From Bugula neritina (taxonomy: Eukaryota > Animalia > Bryozoa): 64,000 nucleotides of DNA. Positions 27,601-42,100 of the stretch are shown here, one piece after another. Below the pieces are notes generated by a model. That model worked only from the letters and a program-made list of their open reading frames with translations. It did no database searches and was not told the origin of the DNA. The stretch's first letter is position 1, and every line of letters starts with the position of its first letter. The translations under genes were made by a program, and so were the position numbers. The DNA is taken from NCBI GenBank assembly GCA_964035545.1, contig OZ037766.1, forward strand, positions 18,315,081 through 18,379,080, in the 5' to 3' direction.

Positions 27601-30599
27601 TATGTTACAGTATATTTCAGTGTGTTACAGTAATTTCAGTATGTTACAGTGCATTTGCAGATATTACACTATACTTCAGTGAGTTTTAGTGTCTTTCAGT
27701 ATGTTGCAGTATATTTCAGTATGTTGCAGTATTTTGCAATATATTTTAGTATGTTACGGTGTATTTCAGTACGTTGCAGTATATTTCAGTATGATACAAT
27801 AAATTTCAGTGTGTTACAGTACATTTTTGCAAATTACACTATACTTCAGTGAGTTGTAGTATATTTTAGTATCTTGCAGCATATCTCAGTATGTTACAGT
27901 TTATTTCAGTATGTTCCAGTATATTTCAGCGTTTTTCAGTATATTTCAGTATGCCACAGTGCATTTTCAGATTTTTCACTATACTTCAGTGAGTTTTAGT
28001 GTCGGTCAGTATGTTGCAGTATATTTCAGTATCTTGCAACATATTTCAATGTGTTGCAATGCATTTCAATATGTTACAATGTATTTCAGTATGTTGCAGT
28101 ATGTTGCAGTGTATTTCAGTATGTTACAGTGTATTTCAGTAGGTTTCAGTGTCTTGCAGTGTATTTCAGCATGTTGCAGTATATTTCAGGATGTTGCAGT
28201 ATGTTTCAGTATGTTACAGTATTTTGCCGTATATTTCAGTGTGTTACAGTATATTTCATTATGTTGCAGTATGTTGCAGTATATTTCAATAGTTTGCAAC
28301 ATATTTCAGTAGGTTACCATATATTTCGGTATGTTGCAGCATATTTCAATGTGTTGCAGTGTATTTCAATATGTTACAGTGTATATCAGTATGTTGCAGT
28401 ATGTTGCAGTATGCTGCAGTATGTTGCAGTGTATTTCTGTATGTTACAGTGTATTTCAGTATGTTGCAGTATATTTCAGTTTGTTACAGTATATTTCAGT
28501 ATGTTGCAGTATGTCTCAGTGGGTTATAGTATATTTCAGTATGATACAGCGTCTTTCAGTATGTTACAGTGTATTTCAGTATGTTGCAGTATTTTGCAAT
28601 ATGTTTCAGTATGTTACAGTGTATTTCAGTATGTTGCAGTATATTTCAGTATGTTACAATAAATTTCAGTATGTTACAGTACATTTCCGTAAATTACACT
28701 ATACTTCAGTGAGTTGTAGTATATTTCAGTATGTTGCAGTATATCTCAGTATGTTACAGTATATTTCAGTATGTTACAGTATATTTCAGTGTGTTACAGT
28801 AAATTTCAGTATGTTACAGTGCATTTGCAGATATTACACTATACTTCAGTGAGTTTTAGTGTCTTTCAGTATGTTGCAGTATATTTCAGTATGTTGCAGT
28901 ATTTTGCAATATATTTTAGTATGTTACGGTGTATTTCAGTACGTTGCAGTATATTTCAGTATGATACAATAAATTTCAGTGTGTTACAGTACATTTCTGC
29001 AAATTACACTATACTTCAGTGAGTTGTAGTATATTTCAGTATCTTGCAGTATATCTCAGTATGTTACAGTTTATTTCAGTATGTTCCAGTATATTTCAGC
29101 GTCTTTCAGTATATTTCAGTATGCCACAGTGCATTTTCAGATTTTTCACTATACTTCAGTGAGTTTTAGTGTCTTTCAGTATGTTGCAGTATATCTCAGT
29201 ATCTTGCAACATATTTCAATGTGTTGCAATGCATTTCAATATGTTACAATGTATTTCAGTATGTTGCAGTATGTTGCGGTGTATTTCAGTATGTTACAGT
29301 GTATTTCAGTAGGTTTCAGTGTCTTGCAGTATATTTCAGCATGTTGCAGTATATTTCAGGATGTTGCAGTATGTTTCAGTATGTTACAGTATTTTGCCGT
29401 ATTTTGCAGTTTATTTCAGTATGTCCCAGTATATTTCAGCGTGTTTCAGTATATTTCAGTATGCCACAGTGCATTTTCAGATTTTTCACTGTACTTCAGT
29501 GAGTTTTAGTGTCGGTCAGTATGTTGCAGTATATTTCAGTATCTTGCAACATATTTCAATGTGTTGCAATGCATTTCAATATGTTACAATGTATTTCAGT
29601 ATGTTGCAGTATGTTGCAGTGTATTTCAGTATGTTACAGTGTATTTCAGTAGGTTTCAGTGTCTTGCAGTATATTTCAGCATGTTGCAGTATATTTCAGG
29701 ATGTTGCAGTATGTTTCAGTATGTTACAGTATTTTGCCGTATTTTGCCGTATATTTCAGTGTGTTACAGTATATTTCATTATGTTGCAGTATGTTGCAGT
29801 ATATTTCAATAGTTTGCAACATATTTCAGTAGGTTACCATATATTTCCGTATGTTGCAGCATATTTCAATGTGTTGCAGTGTATTTCAATATGTTACAGT
29901 GTACATCAGTATGTTGCAGTATGTTGCAGTATGCTGCAGTATGTTGCAGTGTATTTCTGTATGTTACAGTGTATTTCAGTACGTTGCAGTATATTTCAGT
30001 TTGTTACAGTATATTTCAGTATGTTGCAGTATGTTTCAGTGGGTTATAGTATATTTCAGTATGATACAGCGTCTTTCAGTATGTTACAGTGTATTTCAGT
30101 ATGTTGCAGTATTTTGCAATATGTTTCAGTATGTTACAGTGTATTTCAGTATGTTGCAGTATAATTCAGTATGTTACAATAAATTTCAGTATGTTACAGT
30201 ACATTTCCGTAAATTACACTATACTTCAGTGAGTTGTAGTATATTTCAGTATCTTGCAGTATATCTCAGTATGTTACAGTATATTTCAGTATGTTACAGT
30301 ATATTTCAGTGTGTTACAGTAATTTCAGTATGTTACAGTGCATTTGCAGATATTACACTATACTTCAGTGAGTTTTAGTGTCTTTCAGTATGTTGCAGTA
30401 TATTTCAGTATGTTGCAGTATTTTGCAATATATTTTAGTATGTTACGGTGTATTTCAGTACGTTGCAGTATATTTCAGTATGATACAATAAATTTCAGTG
30501 TGTTACAGTACATTTTTGCAAATTACACTATACTTCAGTGAGTTGTAGTATATTTCAGTATCTTGCAGTATATCTCAGTATGTTACAGTTTATTTCAGT

Positions 30600-33500
30600 A
30601 TGTTCCAGTATATTTCAGCGTGTTTCAGTATATTTCAGTATGCCACAGTGCATTTTCAGATTTTTCACTATACTTCAGTGAGTTTTAGTGTCTTTCAGTA
30701 TGTTGCAGTATATTTCGGTATCTTGCAACTTATTTCAATGTGTTGCATTGTATTTCAATATGTTACAGTGTATTTCAGTATGTTGCAGTATGTTGCAGTG
30801 TACTTCAGTATGTTACAGTGTATTTCAGTAGGTTTCAGTATCTTGCAGTATATTTCAGTATGTTGCAGTATATTTCAGTGGGTTACAGTATATTCCAGTA
30901 TGTTCCAGTATGTTGCAGTATATTTCAGTATGTTACAGTGTATTTCTGTAGTTTGCAACATATTTCAGTAGGTTACCATATATTTCGGTATGTTGCAGCA
31001 TATTTCAACGTGTTGCAGTGTATTTCAATATGTTACAGTGTATTTCAGTATGTTGCAGTATGTTGCAGTGTATTTCTGTATGTTACAGTGTATTTCAGTA
31101 TGTTGCAGTATATTTCAGTATGTTACAGTATGTTTCAGTATGTTGCAGTATATTTCCGTGGGTTATAGTATATTTCAGTATGATACAGCGTATTTCAGTA
31201 TGTTACAGCGTATTTCAGTATGTTGCAGTATTTTGCAATGCATTTCAGTATGTTACAGTGTATTTCAGTATGTTGCAGTATATTTCAGTATGTTACAATA
31301 AAATTCAGTATGTCACAGTACTTTTCTGTAAATTACACTATACTTCAGTGAGTTGTAGTATATTTCAGTATCTTGCAGTATATCTCAGTATGTTACAGTA
31401 TATTTCAGTACGTTACAGTATATTTCAGTGTGTTACAGTATGTTGCAGTATATTTCAGCAGTTTGCAACATATTTCAGTAGGTTACCATATATTTCGGTA
31501 TGTTGCAGCATATTTAAATGTGTTGCAGAGTATTTCAATACGTTACAGTGTATTTCAGTATGTTGAAGTATATTCCAGTGTGTTGCAAGATATTTCAGTG
31601 GGTTATAGTATATTTCAGTATGATACAGCGTCTTTCAGTATGTTACAGTGTATTTCAGTATGTTGCAGTATTTTGCAATATGTTTCAGTATGTTACAGTG
31701 TATTTCAGTATGTTGCAGTATAATTCAGTATGTTACAATAAATTTCAGTATGTTACAGTACATTTTCGTAAATTACACTATACTTCAGTGAGTTGTAGTA
31801 TATTTCAGTATCTTGCAGTATATCTCAGTATGTTACAGTATATTTCAGTATGTTACAGTATATTTCACTGTGTTACAGTAAATTTCAATATATTACAGTG
31901 CATTTGCAGATATTACACTATACTTCAGTGAGTTTTAGTGTCTTTCAGTATGTTACAGTGTATTTCAGTATGTTGCAGTATTTTGCAATATATTTCAGTA
32001 GGTTACAGTGTATTTCAGTATGTTGCAGTATAATTCAGTATGTTACAATAAATTTCAGTATGTTACAGTACATTTCCGTAAATTACACTATACTTCAGTG
32101 AGTTGTAGTATATTTCAGTATCTTGCAGTATCTCTCAGTATGTTACAGTATATTTCAGTATGTTACAGTATATTTCAGTGTGTTACAGTAAATTTCAGTA
32201 TGTTACAGTGCATTTGCAGATATTACACTATACTTCAGTGAGTTTTAGTGTCTTTCAGTATGTTGCAGTATATTTCAGTGGGTTACAGTATATTCCAGTA
32301 TGTTCCAGTATGTTGCAGTATATTTCAGTATGTTACAGTGTATTTCTGTAGTTTGCAACATATTTCAGTAGGTTACCATATATTTCGGTATGTTGCAGCA
32401 TATTTCAACGTGTTGCAGTGTATTTCAATATGTTACAGTGTATTTCAGTATGTTGCAGTATGTTGCAGTGTATTTCTGTATGTTACAGTGTATTTCAGTA
32501 TGTTCCAGTGTATTTCAGTAGTTTTCAACATATTTCAGTACGTTACCATATATTTCGGTATGTTACAGCATATTTCAATGTGTTGCAGTGTTTTCAGTAT
32601 GTTGCAGTATATTTCAGTGGGTTATAGTATATTCCAGTATGATACAGTGTATTTCAGTATGTTGCAGTGTTTTTCAATGTGTTACAGTATATTTCAGTAT
32701 ATTACCGTATATTTAGGTATGTTACAGTTTATTCCGATGTGTTGCAGTGTATTTCAGTATGTTACACTGTATTTCAGTATGTTGCAGTATTTTGCAATAT
32801 ATTTCAGTATGTTTCAGTATTTCGAAGTATATTTCAGTGTGTTACAGCGTAATTCAGTATATCACAGTGCATTTTCAGGTATTACACGATACTTCAGTGA
32901 GTTTTAGTGTCGTTCAGTATGTTGCAGTATATTTCAGTATCTTGCAACATATTTCAATGTGTTGCAATGCATTTCAATATGTTACTATGTATTTCAGTAT
33001 GTTGCAGTATGTTGCAGTGTATTTCAGTATGTTACAGTGTATTTCAGTAGGTTTCAGTGTCTTGCAGTATATTTCAGCATGTTGCAGTATATTTCAGGAT
33101 GTTGCAGTATGTTTCAGTATGCTACAGTATTTTGCAGTATTTTGCAGTATATTTCTGTGTGTTACAGTATATTTCATTATGTTGCAGTATGTTGCGGTAT
33201 ATTTCAGTATGTTACAGTGTATTTCAGTAGGTTGCAGTATAATTCAGTATGTTACAATAAATTTCAGTATGTTACAGTGCATTTCCGTAAATTACACTAT
33301 ACTTCAGTGAGTTGTAGTATATTTCAGTATCTTGCAGTATATCTCAGTATGTTACAGTATATTTCAGTATGTTACATTATATTTCAGTGTGTTACAGTAA
33401 ATTTCAGTATGTTACAGTGCATTTGCTGATATTACACTATACTTCAGTGAGTTTTAGTGTCTTTCAGTATGTTGCAGTATATTTCAGTATGTTGCAGTAT

Positions 33501-36500
33501 TTTGCAACATATTTTAGTATGTTACGGTGTATTTCAGTACGTTGCAGTATATTTCAGTATGATACAATAAATTTCAGTGTGTTACAGTACATTTTTGCAA
33601 ATTACACTATACTTCAGTGAGTTGTAGTATATTTCAGTATCTTGCAGTATATCTCAGTATGTTACAGTTTATTTCAGTATGTTCCAGTATATTTCAGCGT
33701 GTTTCAGTATATTTCAGTATGCCACAGTGCATTTTCAGATTTTTCACTATACTTCAGTGAGTTTTAGTGTCTTTCAGGATGTTGCAGTATATTTCGGTAT
33801 CTTGCAACTTATTTCAATGTGTTGCATTGTATTTCAATATGTTACAGTGTATTTCAGTATGTTGCAGTATGTTGCAGTGTACTTCAGTATGTTACAGTGT
33901 ATTTCAGTAGGTTTCAGTATCTTGCAGTATATTTCAGTATGTTGCAGTATTTTTCAGTGGGTTACAGTATATTCCAGTATGTTCCAGTATGTTGCAGTAT
34001 ATTTCAGTATGTTGCAGTGTATTTCAGTATGTTACAGTGTATTTCAGTAGTTTGCAACATATTTCAGTAGGTTACCATATATTTCCGTATGTTGCAGCAT
34101 ATTTCAATGTGTTGCAGTGTATTTCAATATATTACAGTGTATTTCAGTATGTTGCAGTATGTTGCAGTGTATTTCTGTATGTTACAGTGTATTTCAGTAT
34201 GTTGCAGTATATTTCAGTATGTTACAGTATGTTTCAGTACGTTGCAGTATATTTCCGTGGGTTATAGTATATTTCAGTATGATACAGCGTATTTCAGTAT
34301 GTTACAGCGTATTTCAGTATGTTGCAGTATTTTGCAATGCATTTCAGTATGTTACAGTGTATTTGAGTATGTTGCAGTATATTTCAGTATGTTACAATAA
34401 ATTTCAGTATGTTACAGTACTTTTCTGTAAATTACACTATACTTCAGTGAGTTGTAGTATATTTCAGTATCTTGCAGTATATCTCAGTATGTTACAGTAT
34501 TTTTCAGTACGTTACAGTATATTTCAGTGTGTTACAGTATGTTGCAGTATATTTCAGCAGTTTGCAACATATTTCAGTAGGTCACCATATATTTCGGTAT
34601 GTTGCAGCATATTTAAATGTGTTGCAGAGTATTTCAATACGTTACAGTATATTTCAGTATGTTGAAGTATATTCCAGTGTGTTGCAAGATATTTCAGTGG
34701 GTTATAGTATATTTCAGTATGATACAGCGTCTTTCAGTATGTTACAGTGTATTTCAGTATGTTGCAGTATTTTGCAATATGTTTCAGTATGTTACAGTGT
34801 ATTTCAGTATGTTGCAGTATAATTCAGTATGTTACAATAAATTTCAGTATGTTACAGTACATTTTCGTAAATTGCACTATACTTCAGTGAGTTGTAGTAT
34901 ATTTCAGTATCTTGCAGTATATCTCAGTATGTTACAGTATATTTCAGTATGTTACAGTATATTTCACTGTGTTACAGTAAATTTCAATATATTACAGTGC
35001 ATTTGCAGATATTACACTATACTTCAGTGAGTTTTAGTGTCTTTCAGTATGTTACAGTGTATTTCAGTATGTTGCAGTATTTTGCAATATATTTCAGTAG
35101 GTTACAGTGTATTTCAGTATGTTGCAGTATAATTCAGTATGTTACAATAAATTTCAGTATGTTACAGTACATTTCCGTAAATTACACTATACTTCAGTGA
35201 GTTGTAGTATATTTCAGTATCTTGCAGTATCTCTCAGTATGTTACAGTATATTTCAGTATGTTACAGTATATTTCAGTATGTTACAGTACATTTCCGTAA
35301 ATTACACTATACTTCAGTGTGTTGTAGTATATTTCAGTATGTTACAGTATATTTCAGTGTGTTACAGAAAATTTCAGTATGTTACAGTGCATTTGCAGAT
35401 ATTACACTATACTTCAGTGAGTTTTAGTGTCTTTCAGAATGTTGCAGTATATTTCAGTATGTTGCAGTATTTTGCAATATATTTTAGTATGTTACGGTGT
35501 ATTTCAGTACGTTGCAGTATATTTCAGTATGATACAATAAATTTCAGTGTGTTACAGTACATTTCTGCAAATTACACTATACTTCAGTGAGTTGTAGTAT
35601 ATTTTAGTATCTTGCAGCATATCTCAGTATGTTACAGTTTATTTCAGTATGTTCCAGTATATTTCAGCGTGTTACAGTATATTTCAGCATGCCACAGTGC
35701 ATTTTCAGATTTTTCACTATACTTCAGTGAGTTTTAGTGTCTTTCAGTATGTTGCAGTATAATTCGGTATCTTGCAACTTATTTCAATGTGTTGCAATGT
35801 ATTTCAATATGTTACAGTGTATTTCAGTATGTTGCAGTATGTTGCAGTGTATTTCAGTATGTTACAGTGTATTTCAGTAGGTTTCAGTATCTTGCAGTAT
35901 ATTTCAGTATGTTGCAGTGTATTTCAGTATGTTCCAGTGTATTTCAGTAGTTTTCAACATATTTCAGTACGTTACCATATATTTCGGTATGTTACAGCAT
36001 ATCTCAATGTGTTGCAGTGTTTTCAGTATGTTGCAGTATATTTCAGTGGGTTATAGTATATTCCAGTATGATACAGTGTATTTCAGTATGTTGCAGTGTT
36101 TTTCAATGTGTTACAGTATATTTCAGTATATTACCGTATATTTAGGTATGTTACAGTTTATTCCGATGTGTTGCAGTGTATTTCAGTATGTTACACTGTA
36201 TTTCAGTATGTTGCAGTATTTTGCAATATATTTCAGTATGTTTCAGTATTTCGCAGTATATTTCAGTGTGTTACAGCGTAATTCAGTATATCACAGTGCA
36301 TTTTCAGGTATTACACGATACTTCAGTGAGTTTTAGTGTCGTTCAGTATGTTGCAGTATATTTCAGTATCTTGCAACATATTTCAATGTGTTGCAATGCA
36401 TTTCAATATGTTACTATGTATTTCAGTATGTTGCAGTATGTTGCAGTGTATTTCAGTATGTTACAGTGTATTTCAGTAGGTTTCAGTGTCTTGCAGTATA

Positions 36501-39100
36501 TTTCAGCATGTTGCAGTATATTTCAGGATGTTGCAGTATGTTTCAGTATGTTACAGTATTTTGCAGTATTTTGCAGTATATTTCTGTGTGTTACAGTATA
36601 TTTCATTATGTTGCAGTATGTTGCGGTATATTTCAGTAGTTTGCAACATATTTCAGTAGGTTACCATATATTTCGGTATGTTGCAGCATATTTCAATGTG
36701 TTGCAGTGTATTTCAATATGTTACAGTGTATTTCAGTATGTTGCAGTATGTTGCAGTATGTTGCAGTTTGCTGCAGTATGTTGCAGTGTATTTCTGTATG
36801 TTACAGTGTATTTCAGTATGTTGCAGTATATTTCAGTTTGTTACAGTATATTTCAGTATGTTGCAGTATGTTTCAGTGGGTTATAGTATATTTCAGTATG
36901 ATACAGCGTCTTTCAGTATGTTACAGTGTATTTCAGTATGTTGCAGTATTTTGCAATATGTTTCAGTATGTTACAGTGTATTTCAGTATGTTGCAGTATA
37001 ATTCAGTATGTTACAATAAATTTCAGTATGTTACAGTGCATTTCCGTAAATTACACTATACTTCAGTTAGTTGTAGTATATTTCAGTATCTTGCAGTATA
37101 TCTCAGTATGTTACAGTATATTTCAGTATGTTACAGTATATTTCAGTGTGTTACAGTAAATTTCAGTATGTTACAGTGCATTTGCTGATATTACACTATA
37201 CTTCAGTGAGTTTTAGTGTCTTTCAGTATGTTGCAGTATATTTCAGTATGTTGCAGTATTTTGCAACATATTTTAGTATATTACGGTGTATTTCAGTACG
37301 TTGCAGTATATTTCAGTATGATACAATAAATTTCAGTGTGTTACAGTACATTTTTGCAAATTACACTATACTTCAGTGAGTTGTAGTATATTTCAGTATC
37401 TTGCAGTATATCTCAGTATGTTACAGTTTATTTCAGTATGTTCCAGTATATTTCAGCGTGTTTCAGTATATTTCAGCATGCCACAGTGCATTTTCAGATT
37501 TTTCACTATACTTCAGTGAGTTTTAGTGTCTTTCAGGATGTTGCAGTATATTTCGGTATCTTGCAACTTATTTCAATGTGTTGCATTGTATTTCAATATG
37601 TTACAGTGTATTTCAGTATGTTGCAGTATGTTGCAGTGTACTTCAGTATGTTACAGTGTATTTCAGTAGGTTTCAGTATCTTGCAGTATATTTCAGTATG
37701 TTGCAGTATTTTTCAGTGGGTTACAGTATATTCCAGTATGTTCCAGTATGTTGCAGTATATTTCAGTATGTTGCAGTGTATTTCAGTATGTTACAGTGTA
37801 TTTCAGTAGTTTGCAACATATTTCAGTAGGTTACCATATATTTCCGTATGTTGCAGCATATTTCAATGTGTTGCAGTGTATTTCAATATGTTACAGTGTA
37901 TTTCAGTATGTTGCAGTGTGTTGCAGTGTATTTCTGTATGTTACAGTGTATTTCAGTATGTTGCAGTATATTTCAGTATGTTACAGTATGTTTCAGTATG
38001 TTGCAGTATATTTCCGTGGGTTATAGTATATTTCAGTATGATACAGCGTATTTCAGTATGTTACAGCGTATTTCAGTATGTTGCAGTATTTTGCAATGCA
38101 TTTCAGTATGTTACAGTGTATTTCAGTATGTTGCAGTATATTTCAGTATGTTACAATAAATTTCAGTATGTTACAGTACTTTTCTGTAAATTACACTATA
38201 CTTCAGTGAGTTGTAGTATATTTCAGTATCTTGCAGTATATCTCAGTATGTTACAGTATATTTCAGTACGTTACAGTATATTTCAGTGTGTTACAGTATG
38301 TTGCAGTATATTTCAGCAGTTTGCAACATATTTCAGTAGGTCACCATATATTTCGGTATGTTGCAGCATATTTAAATGTGTTGCAGAGTATTTCAATACG
38401 TTACAGTGTATTTCAGTATGTTGAAGTATATTCCAGTGTGTTGCAAGATATTTCAATGGGTTATAGTATATTTCAGTATGATACAGCGTCTTTCAGTATG
38501 TTACAGTGTATTTCAGTATGTTGCAGTATTTTGCAATATGTTTCAGTATGTTACAGTGTATTTCAGTATGTTGCAGTATAATTCAGTATGTTACAATAAA
38601 TTTCAGTATGTTACAGTACATTTTCGTAAATTACACTATACTTCAGTGAGTTGTAGTATATTTCAGTATCTTGCAGTATATCTCAGTATGTTACAGTATA
38701 TTTCAGGATGTTACAGTATATTTCACTGTGTTACAGTAAATTTCAATATATTACAGTGCATTTGCAGATATTACACTATACTTCAGTGAGTTTTAGTGTC
38801 TTTCAGTATGTTACAGTGTATTTCAGTATGTTGCAGTATTTTGCAATATATTTCAGTAGGTTACAGTGTATTTCAGTATGTTGCAGTATAATTCAGTATG
38901 TTACAATAAATTTCCGTATGTTACAGTACATTTCCGTAAATTACACTATACTTCAGTGAGTTGTAGTATATTTCAGTATCTTGCAGTATCTCTCAGTATG
39001 TTACAGTATATTTCAGTATGTTACAGTATATTTCAGTGTGTTACAGTAAATTTCAGTATGTTACAGTGCATTTGCAGATATTACACTATACTTCAGTGAG
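30600..39100. repeat. Three related copies of a variable 3.1-3.8 kb higher-order unit
   Basis: ORF homologues at 30990/34089/37848 (offsets 3099, 3759) and 31850/34949/38708. Shared markers CAGCAGTTTG, TAAATGTGTTGCAGAG and CAAGATATTT. Confidence 0.8.
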
Positions 39101-42100
39101 TTTTAGTGTCTTTCAGTATGTTGCAGTATACTTCAGTATGTCGCAGGATTTTGCAATATATTTCTGTATGTTACAGTGTATTTCAGTACGTTGCCGTATA
39201 TTTCAGTATGATACAATAAATTTCAGTGTGTTACAGTACATTTCTGCAAATTACACTATACTTCAGTGAGTTGTAGTATATTTTAGTATCTTGCAGGATA
39301 TCTCAGTATGTTACAGTTTATTTCAGTATGTTCCAGTATATTTCAGCGTGTTTCAGTATATTTCAGCATGCCACAGTGCATTTTCAGATTTTTCACTATA
39401 CTTCAGTGAGTTTTAGTGTCTTTCAGTATGTTGCAGTATAATTCGGTATCTTGCAACTTATTTCAATGTGTTGCAATGTATTTCAATATGTTACAGTGTA
39501 TTTCAGTATGTTGCAGTATGTTGCAGTGTATTTCAGTATGTTACAGTGTATTTCAGTAGGTTTCAGTATCTTGCAGTATATTTCAGTATGTTGCAGTGTA
39601 TTTCAGTATGTTCCAGTGTATTTCAGTAGTTTTCAACATATTTCAGTACGTTACCATATATTTCGGTATGTTACAGCATATTTCAATGTGTTGCAGTGTT
39701 TTCAGTATGTTGCAGTATATTTCAGTGGGTTATAGTATATTCCAGTATGATACAGTGTATTTCAGTATGTTGCAGTGTTTTTCAATGTGTTACAGTATAT
39801 TTCAGTATATTACCGTATATTTAGGTATGTTACAGTTTATTCCGATGTGTTGCAGTGTATTTCAGTATGTTACACTGTATTTCAGTATGTTGCAGTATTT
39901 TGCAATATATTTCAGTATGTTTCAGTTTTTCGCAGTATATTTCAGTGTGTTACAGCGTAATTCAGTATATCACAGTGCATTTTCAGGTATTACACGATAC
40001 TTCAGTGAGTTTTAGTGTCGTTCAGTATGTTGCAGTATATTTCAGTATCTTGCAACATATTTCAATGTGTTGCAATGCATTTCAATATGTTACTATGTAT
40101 TTCAGTATGTTGCAGTATGTTGCAGTGTATTTCAGTATGTTACAGTGTATTTCAGTAGGTTTCAGTGTCTTGCAGTATATTTCAGCATGTTGCAGTATAT
40201 TTCAGGATGTTGCAGTATGTTTCAGTATGTTACAGTATTTTGCAGTATTTTGCAGTATATTTCTGTGTGTTACAGTATATTTCATTATGTTGCAGTATGT
40301 TGCGGTATATTTCAGTAGTTTGCAACATATTTCAGTAGGTTACCATATATTTCGGTATGTTGCAGCATATTTCAATGTGTTGCAGTGTATTTCAATATGT
40401 TACAGTGTATTTCAGTATGTTGCAGTATGTTGCAGTATGTTGCAGTTTGCTGCAGTATGTTGCAGTGTATTTCTGTATGTTACAGTGTATTTCAGTATGT
40501 TGCAGTATATTTCAGTTTGTTACAGTATATTTCAGTATGTTGCAGTATATTTCAGTGGGTTATGGTATATTTCAGTATGATACAGCGTCTTTCAGTATGT
40601 TACAGTGTATTTCAGTATGTTGCAGTATTTTGCAATATGTTTCAGTATGTTACAGTGTATTTCAGTATGTTGCAGTATAATTCAGTATGTTACAATAAAT
40701 TTCAGTATGTTACAGTACATTTCCGTAAATTACACCATACTTCAGTGAGTTGTAGTATATTTCAGTATCTTGCAGTATATTTCAGTATGTTATAGTATAT
40801 TTCAGTATGTTACAGTATATTTCAGTGTGTTACAGTAAATTTCAGTATGTTACAGTGCATTTGCAGATATTACACTATACTTCAGTGAGTTTTAGTGTCT
40901 TTCAGTATGTTGCAGTATATTTCAGTATGTTGCAGTATTTTGCAATATATTTTAGTATGTTACGGTGTATTTCAGTACGTTGCAGTATATTTCAGTATGA
41001 TACAATAAATTTCAGTGTGTTACAGTACATTTCTGCAAATTACACTATACTTCAGTGAGTTGTAGTATATTTCAGTATCTTGCAGCATATCTCAGTATGT
41101 TGCAGTTTATTTCAGTATGTTCCAGTATATTTCAGCGTGTTTCAGTATATTTCAGCATGCCACAGTGCATTTTCAGATTTTTCACTATACTTCAGTGAGT
41201 TTTAGTGTCTTTCAGTATGTTGCAGTATAATTCGGTATCTTGCAACTTATTTCAATGTGTTGCAATGTATTTCAATATGTTACAGTGTATTTCAGTATGT
41301 TGCAGTATGTTGCAGTGTATTTCAGTATGTTACAGTGTATTTCAGTAGGTTTCAGTATCTTGCAGTATATTTCAGTATGTTGCAGTGTATTTCAGTATGT
41401 TCCAGTGTATTTCAGTAGTTTTCAACATATTTCTGTACGTTACCATATATTTCGGTATGTTACAGCATATTTCAATGTGTTGCAGTGTTTTCAGTATGTT
41501 GCAGTATATTTCAGTGGGTTATAGTATATTCCAGTATGATACAGTGTATTTCAGTATGTTGCAGTGTTTTTCAATGTGTTACAGTATATTTCAGTATATT
41601 ACCGTATATTTAGGTATGTTACAGTTTATTCCGATGTGTTGCAGTGTATTTCAGGATGTTACACTGTATTTCAGTATGTTGCAGTATTTTGCAATATATT
41701 TCAGTATGTTTCAGTATTTCGCAGTATATTTCAGTGTGTTACAGCGTAATTCAGTATATCACAGTGCATTTTCAGGTATTACACGATACTTCAGTGAGTT
41801 TTAGTGTCGTTCAGTATGTTGCAGTATATTTCAGTATCTTGCAACATATTTCAATGTGTTGCAATGCATTTCAATATGTTACTATGTATTTCAGTATGTT
41901 GCAGTATGTTGCAGTGTATTTCAGTATGTTACAGTGTACTTCAGTAGGTTTCAGTGTCTTGCAGTATATTTCAGCATGTTGCAGTATATTTCAGGATGTT
42001 GCAGTATGTTTCAGTATGTTACAGTATTTTGCAGTATTTTGCAGTATATTTCTGTGTGTTACAGTATATTTCATTATGTTGCAGTATGTTGCGGTATATT

